NCBI GenBank assembly: GCA_049512055.1
Contig: JBEKXK010000006.1
Span: forward strand, 1 to 63,878
DNA: 63,878 bases
Reading direction: 5' to 3'
From: Syntrophales bacterium
GTDB lineage: Bacteria > Desulfobacterota > Syntrophia > Syntrophales > UBA2185
The notes beneath the pieces were generated by a model. The model was not told where the DNA came from and searched no databases. It was given only the letters and a program-made list of their open reading frames with translations. A program made the position numbers and the translations under genes. Numbering within the stretch: position 1 is the stretch's first letter; each line of letters begins with the position of its first letter. Below are positions 18,310 to 28,070 of this stretch, one piece after another.

Positions 18310-19653
18310 ATGAACCTTCTAACCAGTCCGCTTCTTACCGATCTTTACCAGTTGACCATGATGCAGGGTTATGTGGATGAAGGTATGCACGAAGAGGCAG
18401 TCTTCGAGTTTTATGTACGGAGCCTGCCCCCGAGCCGCGGTTTCCTGGTCGCGGCCGGCCTCGATACGTTGCTTGCTTTTCTCGAAGGGATGCGATTCAC
18501 GGAAGAGGAACTAAAATACATAGCAGGTATGGGCAGGTTTTCTCCAGCCCTGTTAGATTATCTCACTGAAATCCGCTTCCGCGGCGATGTATATGCCATG
18601 GCGGAGGGAACGGTCTTTTTCGAAAACGAGCCCGTTGTGCGCGTCGTCGCCCCCATGCCGGAGGCGCAACTGATTGAGACGCGCCTGATTAATATCCTGC
18701 ATTTCGAGACACTAATTGCCAGCAAGGCGGCCCGTTGCATGCTGGCAGCAGATGACAGGGCCGTCCTGATTGATTTCGGAGTCCGGCGATCTCACGGAGC
18801 TGAGGCGGGGCTGCTGGCGGCCCGGGACTCATATATAGCCGGCTTTGCGGGTACATCTACCGTGCTGGCGGAGGCCATCTACGGGATACCTATTTTCGGA
18901 ACGATGGCGCATTCCTATGTTGAGGCCCATGGGGACGAGTTGGAGGCGTTTCTCAGTTTTGCCCGTGCGAATCCGAATAATACGACCCTTCTTATCGATA
19001 CGTATGACGTCCATAAAGGGGCAAAAAAGGCAGTGGAAGCGGCGAAGATATTAAAGGAGGCAGGAATAATTGTTCGCGCCGTACGCCTTGATAGCGGCGA
19101 TCTTTTGGCTCTCTCGAAAGATGTCCGCGAGATCCTCGATCAGGCAGGTCTGACAGATGTCCGAATCTTCGCAAGCGGCAATCTTGACGAGTACGCGATC
19201 CGTGCTCTATTGTCTCGAGGGGCGCCCATAAACGGTTTTGGCGTGGGCACGAAATTAGATACCTCGGAAGACGCGCCATATATGGAATGCGCTTACAAGC
19301 TGATGGAGTATGCCGGCACGCCGCGCTTCAAGAAGTCAGAGGGGAAAGCCACCATTCCCGGACGCAAACAGGTCTTTCGCCAGTTTGATAACCGGACGAT
19401 GGTTCGGGATATTCTGACCATTGAAGGGGATGAGATAGAGGGGACGGCGCTTCTTGCCAAGGTGATGAGCGGCGGTAAAAGAAGGGTTTCGGAGCGCCGG
19501 GAATTGAAAGAGATTGCAGCGTATACGCGGTCGCAGTTGAATGCACTTCCGGCTCATTTCCGGAGGCTGGAGACGACACCGCCATATTCCGTCAAAATCT
19601 CTCCCGCATTATCAAGGATTGAACACGAAAGCGAGCGGCGGCTGGGTTTGTAA
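18310..19653 (+). CDS. pncB: Nicotinate phosphoribosyltransferase
   Basis: LLTDLYQLTM, DFGVRRSHG, GTMAHS, LIDTYD, VRLDSGD, FGVGT. Confidence 0.95.
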   Translation: MNLLTSPLLTDLYQLTMMQGYVDEGMHEEAVFEFYVRSLPPSRGFLVAAGLDTLLAFLEGMRFTEEELKYIAGMGRFSPALLDYLTEIRFRGDVYAMAEGTVFFENEPVVRVVAPMPEAQLIETRLINILHFETLIASKAARCMLAADDRAVLIDFGVRRSHGAEAGLLAARDSYIAGFAGTSTVLAEAIYGIPIFGTMAHSYVEAHGDELEAFLSFARANPNNTTLLIDTYDVHKGAKKAVEAAKILKEAGIIVRAVRLDSGDLLALSKDVREILDQAGLTDVRIFASGNLDEYAIRALLSRGAPINGFGVGTKLDTSEDAPYMECAYKLMEYAGTPRFKKSEGKATIPGRKQVFRQFDNRTMVRDILTIEGDEIEGTALLAKVMSGGKRRVSERRELKEIAAYTRSQLNALPAHFRRLETTPPYSVKISPALSRIEHESERRLGL

Positions 19654-19758
19654 ACTGTTCGTGATACGTTATGCGTGACTCCGGGGCACTTCGCGACGAA
19701 GGATCTTGAGATATATCCTCAGTTGAGATCACGAAAAGAGAAAGTTGCCAAAAATTCT

Positions 19759-21366
19759 CTATTTCTTCAAATTACGATTTAGAGCTGCCCCGATAAATTT
19801 GCCGAAGAGTGGATGGGGACTCGTCGGCCGCGATTTAAATTCGGGGTGAAACTGGCACCCCAAAAACCACGGGTTGTCTTTGATCTCGACAATCTCGACA
19901 AGACGGCGATCAGGCGACGTCCCTGTAATATGCAGACCCTTCTCCACAAGGATATCTCGGAAACTGTTGTTCACTTCATAACGGTGCCTGTGTCTTTCAC
20001 TGATTTCACTGACACCGTAAGCATCAAATGCAAAAGAGCCGGCCTCTAAAAGGCAGGCGTAAGCGCCCAGCCTCATCGTTGCGCCCATCTCCGTGATACT
20101 TCTCTGCTCGGGTAGATAATCGATCACCGGATACGGGGTTTCCTTGTCAAATTCGGAGCTGTTCGCCCTTTCGAGTTTGCATACGTGCCGGGCGAATTCC
20201 ACAACGGCGAGCTGCATGCCCAGGCAGATGCCGAAATACGGAACCTTCTTCTCACGGGCAAATTGAATGGCGGTGATCATCCCCTCAATGCCGCGCTCTC
20301 CGAAGCCTCCAGGCACGAGGATACCGTCAGCGCCTTCCAGAAGGTCGCCTAACCCTTCTTTCTCGATCTTTTCCGAATCGACAAAACGCAGGTTTACCCG
20401 GCAGTTGTTTGCAATGCCCCCATGCACTAATGCTTCATTGAGGCTCTTGTAAGAATCCGTCAAATTCACGTATTTGCCCACTATGGCGATACACACTTCG
20501 TGGGGAGGATTTTTGATCTTGTCTGCCACGTCCTCCCATGCCTCCAGATGCGGCCTGCCCGTCCAGATGTTTAAGAGGTCGACAATTTTATTATCCACCC
20601 CTTCCTTGTGAAAAACTATTGGCACTTCATAGATGCACTGCACATCCTTTGCCGTAAATACGGATGAAACTTCCACATTACAGAAAAGAGCTATCTTGGC
20701 CTTGATTTCTTCGGGGAGAAAATCTTCCGTGCGGCACAAGAGAATGTCAGGTTGAATACCGATTTCACGGAGGGCCTTCACGCTGTGCTGCGTTGGTTTT
20801 GTCTTAACCTCCCCGGCGGTCTTCATGAAGGGGACCCATGTCAGATGTATAAATATGGCGTTTTGTTTTCCCACTTCGTTGCGGAATTGCCTGATTGCTT
20901 CCAGAAAGGGCTGGCTCTCAATGTCTCCGACGGTTCCGCCGACTTCAATGATCGCGACATCGAACCCGGCCGCGCAGCTCTTGATGTAATCTTTTATTTC
21001 ATCCGTAACATGGGGAATCACCTGCACCGTCTTGCCTAGATATTCCCCCTTCCTTTCCTTGGAAATTACCGAAAAATATACCTGACCAGACGTGAGATTA
21101 TTGCACTTCGCCATGCGGGTCGAGGTAAATCGCTCATAGTGCCCCAAGTCAAGGTCTGTTTCCGCGCCGTCGTCCGTCACAAAAACCTCGCCGTGCTGGA
21201 ATGGACTGAGGGTGCCGGGATCGACATTGATATACGGATCAAGCTTTTGATTGGTCACCCTGAGCCCCCGGCTTTCGAGAAGGGCTGCAATAGAAGCAGC
21301 CGCCAAGCCTTTGCCAAGGGAAGAGAGAACGCCGCCCGTCACAAAAATAAATTTTGTCTTCTTCAT
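19759..21366 (-). CDS. pyrG: CTP synthase
   Basis: [50 protein letters not shown]. Confidence 0.98.
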   Translation of the reverse strand: MKKTKFIFVTGGVLSSLGKGLAAASIAALLESRGLRVTNQKLDPYINVDPGTLSPFQHGEVFVTDDGAETDLDLGHYERFTSTRMAKCNNLTSGQVYFSVISKERKGEYLGKTVQVIPHVTDEIKDYIKSCAAGFDVAIIEVGGTVGDIESQPFLEAIRQFRNEVGKQNAIFIHLTWVPFMKTAGEVKTKPTQHSVKALREIGIQPDILLCRTEDFLPEEIKAKIALFCNVEVSSVFTAKDVQCIYEVPIVFHKEGVDNKIVDLLNIWTGRPHLEAWEDVADKIKNPPHEVCIAIVGKYVNLTDSYKSLNEALVHGGIANNCRVNLRFVDSEKIEKEGLGDLLEGADGILVPGGFGERGIEGMITAIQFAREKKVPYFGICLGMQLAVVEFARHVCKLERANSSEFDKETPYPVIDYLPEQRSITEMGATMRLGAYACLLEAGSFAFDAYGVSEISERHRHRYEVNNSFRDILVEKGLHITGTSPDRRLVEIVEIKDNPWFLGCQFHPEFKSRPTSPHPLFGKFIGAALNRNLKK

Positions 21367-21381
21367 GATTGCTCCTGAAAT

Positions 21382-24300
21382 TTACTTGGCCTGAGAATTG
21401 CTGCTGTTCCCTCCCAGAGATTTTCTTATCTGACCCGCAATAACCTCCACCGTCTCGCCCAAGAGAATTCCTGTGGAAATATTTTCCAGATAGCCGTCAT
21501 CCCACTGCAGATTATATTCGTTAACGAGATTGCGGATGTCGTTGAATTTGTAGCCCAAGACTTCTTTCTTTCCTTTCACGGAAAGTAACTCGTTAAATTC
21601 CACGTGGATCAGGAGCAGGCTCCCTATGCCTCCTTTGTCTCCGAAAAGGGGAATAACGACGATGGAAGCGCAGTCGGCTTTTCCCCGCCCAATATATACA
21701 TGGCCGGTACTCACTATCGTCCTCTTGGTCCCCATGAGATTACTTGAACCTTCGGTCCTCGACTTCATCGTGAGTGAGATGCCCCCTCTGTCTTTAACAG
21801 TTATCGTCGAAGTATCCACGGGATTTCCTTCAGCGTCCAGATTATTAATGACATAGAGGGTATAACCGTTCAACGCGGCAATGGCCGGCTGAATCCTTGC
21901 GATGCTCAATACATTCTTGGTGACGATGGATTTGGTCGAGAATTCAAGTTGTCTTAATATGTCAAAGATAATACCCCTGAGAGGCTGCTCTTTCCTGCTT
22001 GTTCCGACTGTCACTGTTTTCGCCTGATGTCTGATGGCGTCTATCGGCCTGGAGAGCTCATCTACCGAGTGGCCGAGAGAGATGTCAAGCATCTCGACCG
22101 GGGATGATAGCCCCTCCTCACTCTTGAAATCGCTCCAGTAGTCTTCAAGAGGCAGTTTTCCGGCTGCATATTTGAGAAGAAGAACTATATCGGATATGGT
22201 ATTCACATTGGTGAATGAAAAGGCGCCGTCCGTTCTTCTTTGATTGAATTCAATCGAGAAATCCCTGACGAGCTTCCGGTAGTTTCTGTCGGCAAGCCTC
22301 TCGTAAATGGAATAATTTTTCTTCTCATGTTCCGCCATTATAAGATCGAGGTGGCTCCTGAATTCCCGCAAGAAGATGGCGTCTTCGTTAATGCTGCAAG
22401 CGGCATAGTAACCCCATAGATGTCCTGCCAGGGTATTTAAGATTACAGGCAGGGGCATCGCCGCCCTCGGCACCTCAACGACCGCATCGGCAACGCCGTC
22501 GAACCTCGCTTCACCTTCATCCGCAAAAACGACAACACCCGCCCTGTGCGCCTTGAAGATGGCCACATCTTTGATGATGTCTCCTGTCACAGTTTCCGGG
22601 CTGCCCGCTGCACAGACTATGATCAAAGGTTCGGCAGACAGGTCAATATGCTTCTTGTTTTCTATAAAATCTGACGATATCGTTTTGTAACAGAGCTCGC
22701 TCAGCTTTATCCTGATCTCATCTGCTGCCGCCTTGTTAGGCCCGTCTCCCACGATGGCCCAGTACCTTCTCTTTTTTGCCAGCAGTTCGACAGATTGCTT
22801 GATTTGCCCTTTCTTCTCTATCACCCTGTTCATCATGCTGGGCGCATGTTCGAGGTTGTGAAGCTCCTCGGCAATAAAGTCGTCGGAGACATTCGTAAGA
22901 AGCTGGGCAAGACAGAGCGCCAAGACATGCCCCGCCACAACCTGGGAGTAAAATGCCTTGGTTGAAGCCACGGACATCTCTATATCCCTGCCGTCGCTCG
23001 TATAAAAAACTCCGTTTGCCTTCCCTGTTATGTCGGATTGCCTTCTGTTGACGATGGCGATTACCGTCGCCCCCCGTTCCACAGCCATAGCTACGGCACG
23101 GTTGGTGTCTGTCGTCGTGCCCGACTGGGTGATGGGGATGACCAGCGTATCTTTCAGGTCATCCTCTAAAAAGAAGCCGCTCAATTCCGATGCGACCTTC
23201 GCGTCGATTTTGATATGAGTGCCTTTCAGATATCGTTGCAGTCCGTCGGCAACGGCCTCTCCGGCAACGGCGGCTGTACCGTGACCGATGACGATAATTC
23301 TCTTTGTCTCGCCGCGGGTGAAGGCCTGTCTCCATCCCTCCGGTATGATGTCCCGGCCAAGATTGAAGGTAACTTCATATCTTCCATTTTCTCTTTTTGA
23401 GATTCTATATTTGCCGCGCAGCGTTTTTCTTACGGAGAGAGTTGCTTCAGATATTTCTTTCAGGAAATAATGCGGATAATTACCCCGATCTATATCACGG
23501 GTGGTGATTTCTGCCTTCTGCACGGAGTCGCTTCCCATGGAGAGAGAAGTCCCGTCGTAAAAAAGCGCGCTGATCCCCGCAAGTCCCCCTTGAGAGTTCT
23601 GTTCAAGGATGAATATCTGTCCTGATGCTTCAGGTGCATCGTCTGAGGAAGGCCTTTCGCCGTCCATCTTCAGGAAAAACGGAGTGCCCTCCACGAGGCC
23701 ATAAAGTTCCGATGAAAATATATAATCCTCAGGGGCAAGGCCTACATAAATGGATTGCCCGCTGCCCTTCAAGGCAAGAAACACCTTCCCCGGCTCCGTA
23801 TTGCTGGTCATGCCGATGGCATGGGAGCCTTCAAATGCGTTTACGGCCAATCTGAACGCCTCGGTCAGATCATGCCCGGCAAGCAGATGCTTTTCAATTT
23901 GCAGGGGTATGATCTTCGTGTCAGTCGTAATATGAGGAGCAATGAGGTCTTCTCCCTCTTCAATCGCATTTCGCAGCGATTGATAATTGTCTATGTCTCC
24001 ATTGAGGATAACGTTAATGAACCAGCTTCCCTCGCCATAGAAAGGGTATTTTTTTATGATCTCCGGCCATGGAGCATCTTCACGGCCGCTGTTTCCGTTC
24101 ATGGTAAAGTTATTAATCGGATGGCAGTTTTCTTCCGTAATGGAACCCACTGATGCCCACCTTGTGTGGGATATGGAAGTCTCAAATTCCGTCTCCTCCT
24201 TGGATAATTCATAGAAAATCTTATCGTGGGAGATGAATCTTCTCAGATCCCTGACATTTTGACCGAGCTCGCCGATAATGGATGATGTCTTGTATACGAA

Positions 24301-25179
24301 CGCGATATCAATCCCTTTGCCCCGCGGACTACTCACGGATGGGATTGCATGAGAGACACAAATTGAACCGTTGATAAGGTCGCCTGCGCGGATCCTCGCG
24401 GAATAATCATCATACAGGCCTTTCTCTTTGAGCACGCTTAAGATATTCTCAAGCGATGCCGTATCGGAGAGCCTGAAGGATATCTGCATTCCCGCCGAGT
24501 CCCTTCCTCTTACCTCCAGCCTGTCGAGGCAATTCAGAAGAAAATTTATTTTCTTATATTTTGTAAAGGATACGGGAGAAATTTCTTTGACGCCGCCCGC
24601 TTCCGAGAGCCCCCTGATTTTTTCTATATTCTCGATTACGTCTTTCTCGAGACCCCAGATAATATCCTTCATCAGGATATGTCTGCTGTTTATCGTTTCC
24701 GTCTCCTCCGTCGGGAAGTTACCGGCGTTTTCTTCGAGGCCTTTTTCTTCGTCCAGGAAGAACAGCTTCATCTCGTTGGTGAGGTCCGACAGTTGAGAGG
24801 CGATGAGGGGTTTGAAATAGATTTCCTGAAATGCGGCGTCTGTCTTTAACTGGAAGAGCCTTTCTTCCATTTCCTGAAGCTTTCGGCCGCCCCCCAGATA
24901 TTGGCCGGGTGTTATAGAGCCGGCAGAGAGCGCCTTCATGTTATTCTTCTTGATGTCTCGGAAAAGCTTGGCAAGCTTCTTTATAAGGTCGCCTTCTTCA
25001 CGTTTGCCGACCCCTTTTATCGCCAGGATTCCGGCGAAGCCGCAGCAGACGATATCAGGAATTATCGGGAAGAAGACTATCGAGTATTCAGGAACCGTGT
25101 GTACATTAACGCCGACGTAGATCTTCCATTTCATGAGATAGTTGATTATTTCAGCGTACCATTGTCTTAATATCTGCAT
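21382..25179 (-). CDS. Very large GlmS-like glutamine amidotransferase/SIS isomerase (about 1265 aa)
   Basis: CGFAGI, LEVRGRDSAG, HTRWAS, NGDIDNY, QSGTTTDT, SVASTKAF, IKLSELCY, KKH and AKTVTVG map in order onto GlmS motifs, with large insertions. Start uncertain (ATG 25179 chosen). Confidence 0.8.
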   Translation of the reverse strand: MQILRQWYAEIINYLMKWKIYVGVNVHTVPEYSIVFFPIIPDIVCCGFAGILAIKGVGKREEGDLIKKLAKLFRDIKKNNMKALSAGSITPGQYLGGGRKLQEMEERLFQLKTDAAFQEIYFKPLIASQLSDLTNEMKLFFLDEEKGLEENAGNFPTEETETINSRHILMKDIIWGLEKDVIENIEKIRGLSEAGGVKEISPVSFTKYKKINFLLNCLDRLEVRGRDSAGMQISFRLSDTASLENILSVLKEKGLYDDYSARIRAGDLINGSICVSHAIPSVSSPRGKGIDIAFVYKTSSIIGELGQNVRDLRRFISHDKIFYELSKEETEFETSISHTRWASVGSITEENCHPINNFTMNGNSGREDAPWPEIIKKYPFYGEGSWFINVILNGDIDNYQSLRNAIEEGEDLIAPHITTDTKIIPLQIEKHLLAGHDLTEAFRLAVNAFEGSHAIGMTSNTEPGKVFLALKGSGQSIYVGLAPEDYIFSSELYGLVEGTPFFLKMDGERPSSDDAPEASGQIFILEQNSQGGLAGISALFYDGTSLSMGSDSVQKAEITTRDIDRGNYPHYFLKEISEATLSVRKTLRGKYRISKRENGRYEVTFNLGRDIIPEGWRQAFTRGETKRIIVIGHGTAAVAGEAVADGLQRYLKGTHIKIDAKVASELSGFFLEDDLKDTLVIPITQSGTTTDTNRAVAMAVERGATVIAIVNRRQSDITGKANGVFYTSDGRDIEMSVASTKAFYSQVVAGHVLALCLAQLLTNVSDDFIAEELHNLEHAPSMMNRVIEKKGQIKQSVELLAKKRRYWAIVGDGPNKAAADEIRIKLSELCYKTISSDFIENKKHIDLSAEPLIIVCAAGSPETVTGDIIKDVAIFKAHRAGVVVFADEGEARFDGVADAVVEVPRAAMPLPVILNTLAGHLWGYYAACSINEDAIFLREFRSHLDLIMAEHEKKNYSIYERLADRNYRKLVRDFSIEFNQRRTDGAFSFTNVNTISDIVLLLKYAAGKLPLEDYWSDFKSEEGLSSPVEMLDISLGHSVDELSRPIDAIRHQAKTVTVGTSRKEQPLRGIIFDILRQLEFSTKSIVTKNVLSIARIQPAIAALNGYTLYVINNLDAEGNPVDTSTITVKDRGGISLTMKSRTEGSSNLMGTKRTIVSTGHVYIGRGKADCASIVVIPLFGDKGGIGSLLLIHVEFNELLSVKGKKEVLGYKFNDIRNLVNEYNLQWDDGYLENISTGILLGETVEVIAGQIRKSLGGNSSNSQAK

Positions 25180-25220
25180 ATGAAAATCCTCAAAGTCCCG
25201 ATTTCGTCTAATTGATGGCG

Positions 25221-26480
25221 TCAGGAGTTGCAGGACGGCAAATGCATTAATGCCGCATGGATGACATGATCTACAAGGTTTTGCAGCCATGCCGTTCCCT
25301 TGATTGATGCATCTCTATTTAGGCTCTGAATGACCGTTATATAATCACCTTCATCTTTCATTCTGTTACGAATGAGTTTAATGAATGAGTCCCTATTCTT
25401 GAGATCAACAGATACTTCTTTCCCGGTGGTGAAAGTCTCCTCAAGCCTCGGCCAATTTTCGCTCAATTCATTTTTCTGTTTGAGAAGCTCTTCCTGCGTG
25501 CCTTTTTTCATGGCATCTCTGCCCAGCTCTATTGATGTTTCCATTTTGAGAGACAGGTCTTTGAAGCGCTTCAATCTTTCATCAATGGCAATTTCAAGCT
25601 TGTCCATGGCCCCGGCATACAGCTCCGCGCCCATATGCTCCTGTTGAAAAAAGGGTTGCCGGACGTGGGCATACCACTGTCTTAAGGCCAAGAGGTTGGC
25701 GATGTAGCAGATGTTATTATAGACGCGATGCTTGATACTTCTGTAAAAACCTGCACGAAAGGATTTGTCGTGGGTGGGGATGTCTCTTTCCGTTATTAAT
25801 CTGTTTCCTTTAGGATAATCCCTCCTGCAAACCACTCCCGCCGCGGTCACGCTGCCGTAACCGATTCTGACAGGGCCGACCAGGCCTCCCTGACCCCCCA
25901 AGAAAATGGGCGGTTGGTTTAACATTACGCCTCTGGGTACGTCGCCGATGAGTGAAGGTGTGGCTTTATCCTGGTTGGGTGTGTAATTGAAATGTATATA
26001 GGAGCTTCCAACTTCGCTGTGATTTTTCCGGCTCGTTCCGCCTGCCATGAAACAGTCACAAAAGTTGATGAGGCTGCCCAAGGTTACAAATGGGAAGAGT
26101 ATGGTCTGCTTTAATCCGACTGTATGATTCGCATTGGCCTCTTCTTCGAGGATACATCCTTCACGGACCTGCGCGCCGCATGCCACGGTCGCCTTGCGCA
26201 GAAAGACGGATGATTTAAAAAATCCCCCTCTCAGCTCGACATCCGGTCCGGTTTGACAATCGACGACGGTTGCCGGCGCCTCATATCCCAGCTTGGTTCC
26301 CGGAGAGATCAGGGTTTTTAACCCATAGATCCTGGTTCCGGGATAAATGGATACGCCGTCGCCGGAAATCCTCTCCGGAACTATTTCTTCCCCGATATCT
26401 ACAGAAAAGGGGCTCGGTATATTGACCCCCTTTTCCATCAATTTAACTATGTTATGTGACAGGCTAACGTTTAGTTTCAC
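25221..26480 (-). CDS. GlmU-acetyltransferase-like left-handed beta-helix protein with no uridylyltransferase domain
   Basis: LMEKGVNI start, hexapeptide repeats, GAQVREG, VGLKQT, EVGSSYIHFNY, GPVRIG..SVTAAG resemble the GlmU C-domain. Start is GTG 26480 or ATG 26438. Confidence 0.7.
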   Translation of the reverse strand: MKLNVSLSHNIVKLMEKGVNIPSPFSVDIGEEIVPERISGDGVSIYPGTRIYGLKTLISPGTKLGYEAPATVVDCQTGPDVELRGGFFKSSVFLRKATVACGAQVREGCILEEEANANHTVGLKQTILFPFVTLGSLINFCDCFMAGGTSRKNHSEVGSSYIHFNYTPNQDKATPSLIGDVPRGVMLNQPPIFLGGQGGLVGPVRIGYGSVTAAGVVCRRDYPKGNRLITERDIPTHDKSFRAGFYRSIKHRVYNNICYIANLLALRQWYAHVRQPFFQQEHMGAELYAGAMDKLEIAIDERLKRFKDLSLKMETSIELGRDAMKKGTQEELLKQKNELSENWPRLEETFTTGKEVSVDLKNRDSFIKLIRNRMKDEGDYITVIQSLNRDASIKGTAWLQNLVDHVIHAALMHLPSCNS

Positions 26481-26778
26481 GACTGATGCCCAGCTTGGCC
26501 ATTTTTTTCTGGAATGTGTTTCTGTTGATTCCAAGGTAATTGGCTGCAGCACTCTTGACATTACCATTCCGCTTAAGGGCAATCTTGAAAAGACATCTTT
26601 CCACCATGATCAAAACTTCTTCATGCAATCTGCTTTTCCTTTTTTTCCCATCACCGACTTGACAGAGGACTGTAGAAATGTCTTCAAGCTTTTTTTCCAT
26701 AGCCTCCTCAATAAGCGCATATGGCTTTGCCTGAACATTTTGATCCACAGCTACAGATTTTGTTTTCTTGCGTTTCAT
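26464..26778 (-). CDS. Stand-alone Fis-like HTH protein
   Basis: VERCLFKIALKRNGNVKSAAANYLGINRNTFQKKM is a Fis/HTH_8 pattern. Confidence 0.85.
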   Translation of the reverse strand: MKRKKTKSVAVDQNVQAKPYALIEEAMEKKLEDISTVLCQVGDGKKRKSRLHEEVLIMVERCLFKIALKRNGNVKSAAANYLGINRNTFQKKMAKLGISRETKR

Positions 26779-26870
26779 AATAACGACGCGCCCTTTCTCC
26801 CATGCTTTTGTCGCGAAGAAGGTCTGATGATTCTTAACTTAGCTTGTGACTTTTTACAAGATCAGAAAAT

Positions 26871-27389
26871 TTATGAGGTAAACAGTTTTGTGATTATGAT
26901 CCCTGCAAGTACCACAGCCGTAAACCAGGTCATAACGATATCCGACATATTATTTGCAGGATGTTCAATCTGTCTCCTGACTTCTTCTTCCACCTTTTCA
27001 TTGTCCATATGACCGACAAGTTCACTGACGAGAGTGGAAAACTTTTCATACGCGTTAGATAGAATATAAAATCCCTTCACTGTAGTCAACAGGATATATA
27101 CCCTTTTTCTCAGTATAAGAGCGCCAATATGAGTTATATCCTCCCAGCGGAGTTCTTTTTTCCGCATGAATTTCCTGATCATGATGCCATGGTCTCCCGT
27201 TTGGACCATGCGGAATGAAGATTCGAAAAGAACATAAAGAACGGGCATGAAGATAGCAGTAAGCAATATTCTTTCTAATCTCGACCCACTCAGGAAATAC
27301 GACAGCAGGACAAGGAGGAAGAGGAGAATAAAATCAACGAAAAAGGGAAATAAAAACGACCTTCTTATTCTATAGACGTTTTGATACAT
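26871..27389 (-). CDS. Membrane protein with a probable bacterial PH-like domain
   Basis: Two N-terminal TMs, GIMIRKFMRKKELRWEDI motif, C-terminal TM. Confidence 0.65.
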   Translation of the reverse strand: MYQNVYRIRRSFLFPFFVDFILLFLLVLLSYFLSGSRLERILLTAIFMPVLYVLFESSFRMVQTGDHGIMIRKFMRKKELRWEDITHIGALILRKRVYILLTTVKGFYILSNAYEKFSTLVSELVGHMDNEKVEEEVRRQIEHPANNMSDIVMTWFTAVVLAGIIITKLFTS

Positions 27390-27423
27390 AGCTTCTATGG
27401 GTAAATGAATGCGGACCTCTCAT

Positions 27424-27903
27424 TTAGTTATCTCTAATAAAGAGGCCGCTCTTGCCGCCATGTTTTGTGATTAATTTGATGTCCGAAAGAACTATGTTTT
27501 TATCGGCGGATTTGCACATATCGTAAATTGTGAGAGCCGCAACGCTGACGGCGGTCATGGCCTCCATCTCCACCCCTGTTCTACCTACAGTCTTCACAGT
27601 CGCTTCAATGGTTATTTCGCCGGAATCCGCATCTTTCGTAAACCTTATGTCAATACCTGTCAATTCCAAAGGGTGGCACATAGGGATCATTTCGCTTGTC
27701 TTTTTGGCTGCCATGATCCCCGCAATCTTGGCTACAACGAAGACATCTCCCTTAGGTATCTCTCCCTTTTCGATGAGGCTCAACGTCTTTTTTTTCATCA
27801 GGACCTTCCCTCGGGCAACGGCCTTTCGTACGGATCGTTCCTTTTCCGTTACATCAACCATCTTGGCCTTGCCTTTATCATCGAGGTGGGAGAACTTAGT
27901 CAT
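27424..27903 (-). CDS. moaC: Cyclic pyranopterin monophosphate synthase
   Basis: FSHLD..MVDV, KGDV, IPMCHP, TGVEMEA, IYDMCK, KHGGKSG. Confidence 0.97.
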   Translation of the reverse strand: MTKFSHLDDKGKAKMVDVTEKERSVRKAVARGKVLMKKKTLSLIEKGEIPKGDVFVVAKIAGIMAAKKTSEMIPMCHPLELTGIDIRFTKDADSGEITIEATVKTVGRTGVEMEAMTAVSVAALTIYDMCKSADKNIVLSDIKLITKHGGKSGLFIRDN

Positions 27904-27940
27904 TATGTTTTTCTGAACCTCTTAGCAGGAAGTTGCGCCG

Positions 27941-28033
27941 AAATTAGCATAGCGCCTTTCCCCAGTCAAGAGGGTTAAAAAAATACTTTTCCCAAAGAAA
28001 TATCTTGCCATGGAAAAAGTTATTCTGTAATAT
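27941..28033. promoter_or_regulatory. Divergent sigma-70 promoters for moaC and comM
   Basis: Minus strand TTGACT-17-TAATTT with TGn extension (27969-27941). Plus strand TTGCCA-17-TAATAT (28005-28033). Confidence 0.6.
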
Positions 28034-28070
28034 TTTCGCCCACTCTTGAGAAAGTCTCGGGGAGCACGAA

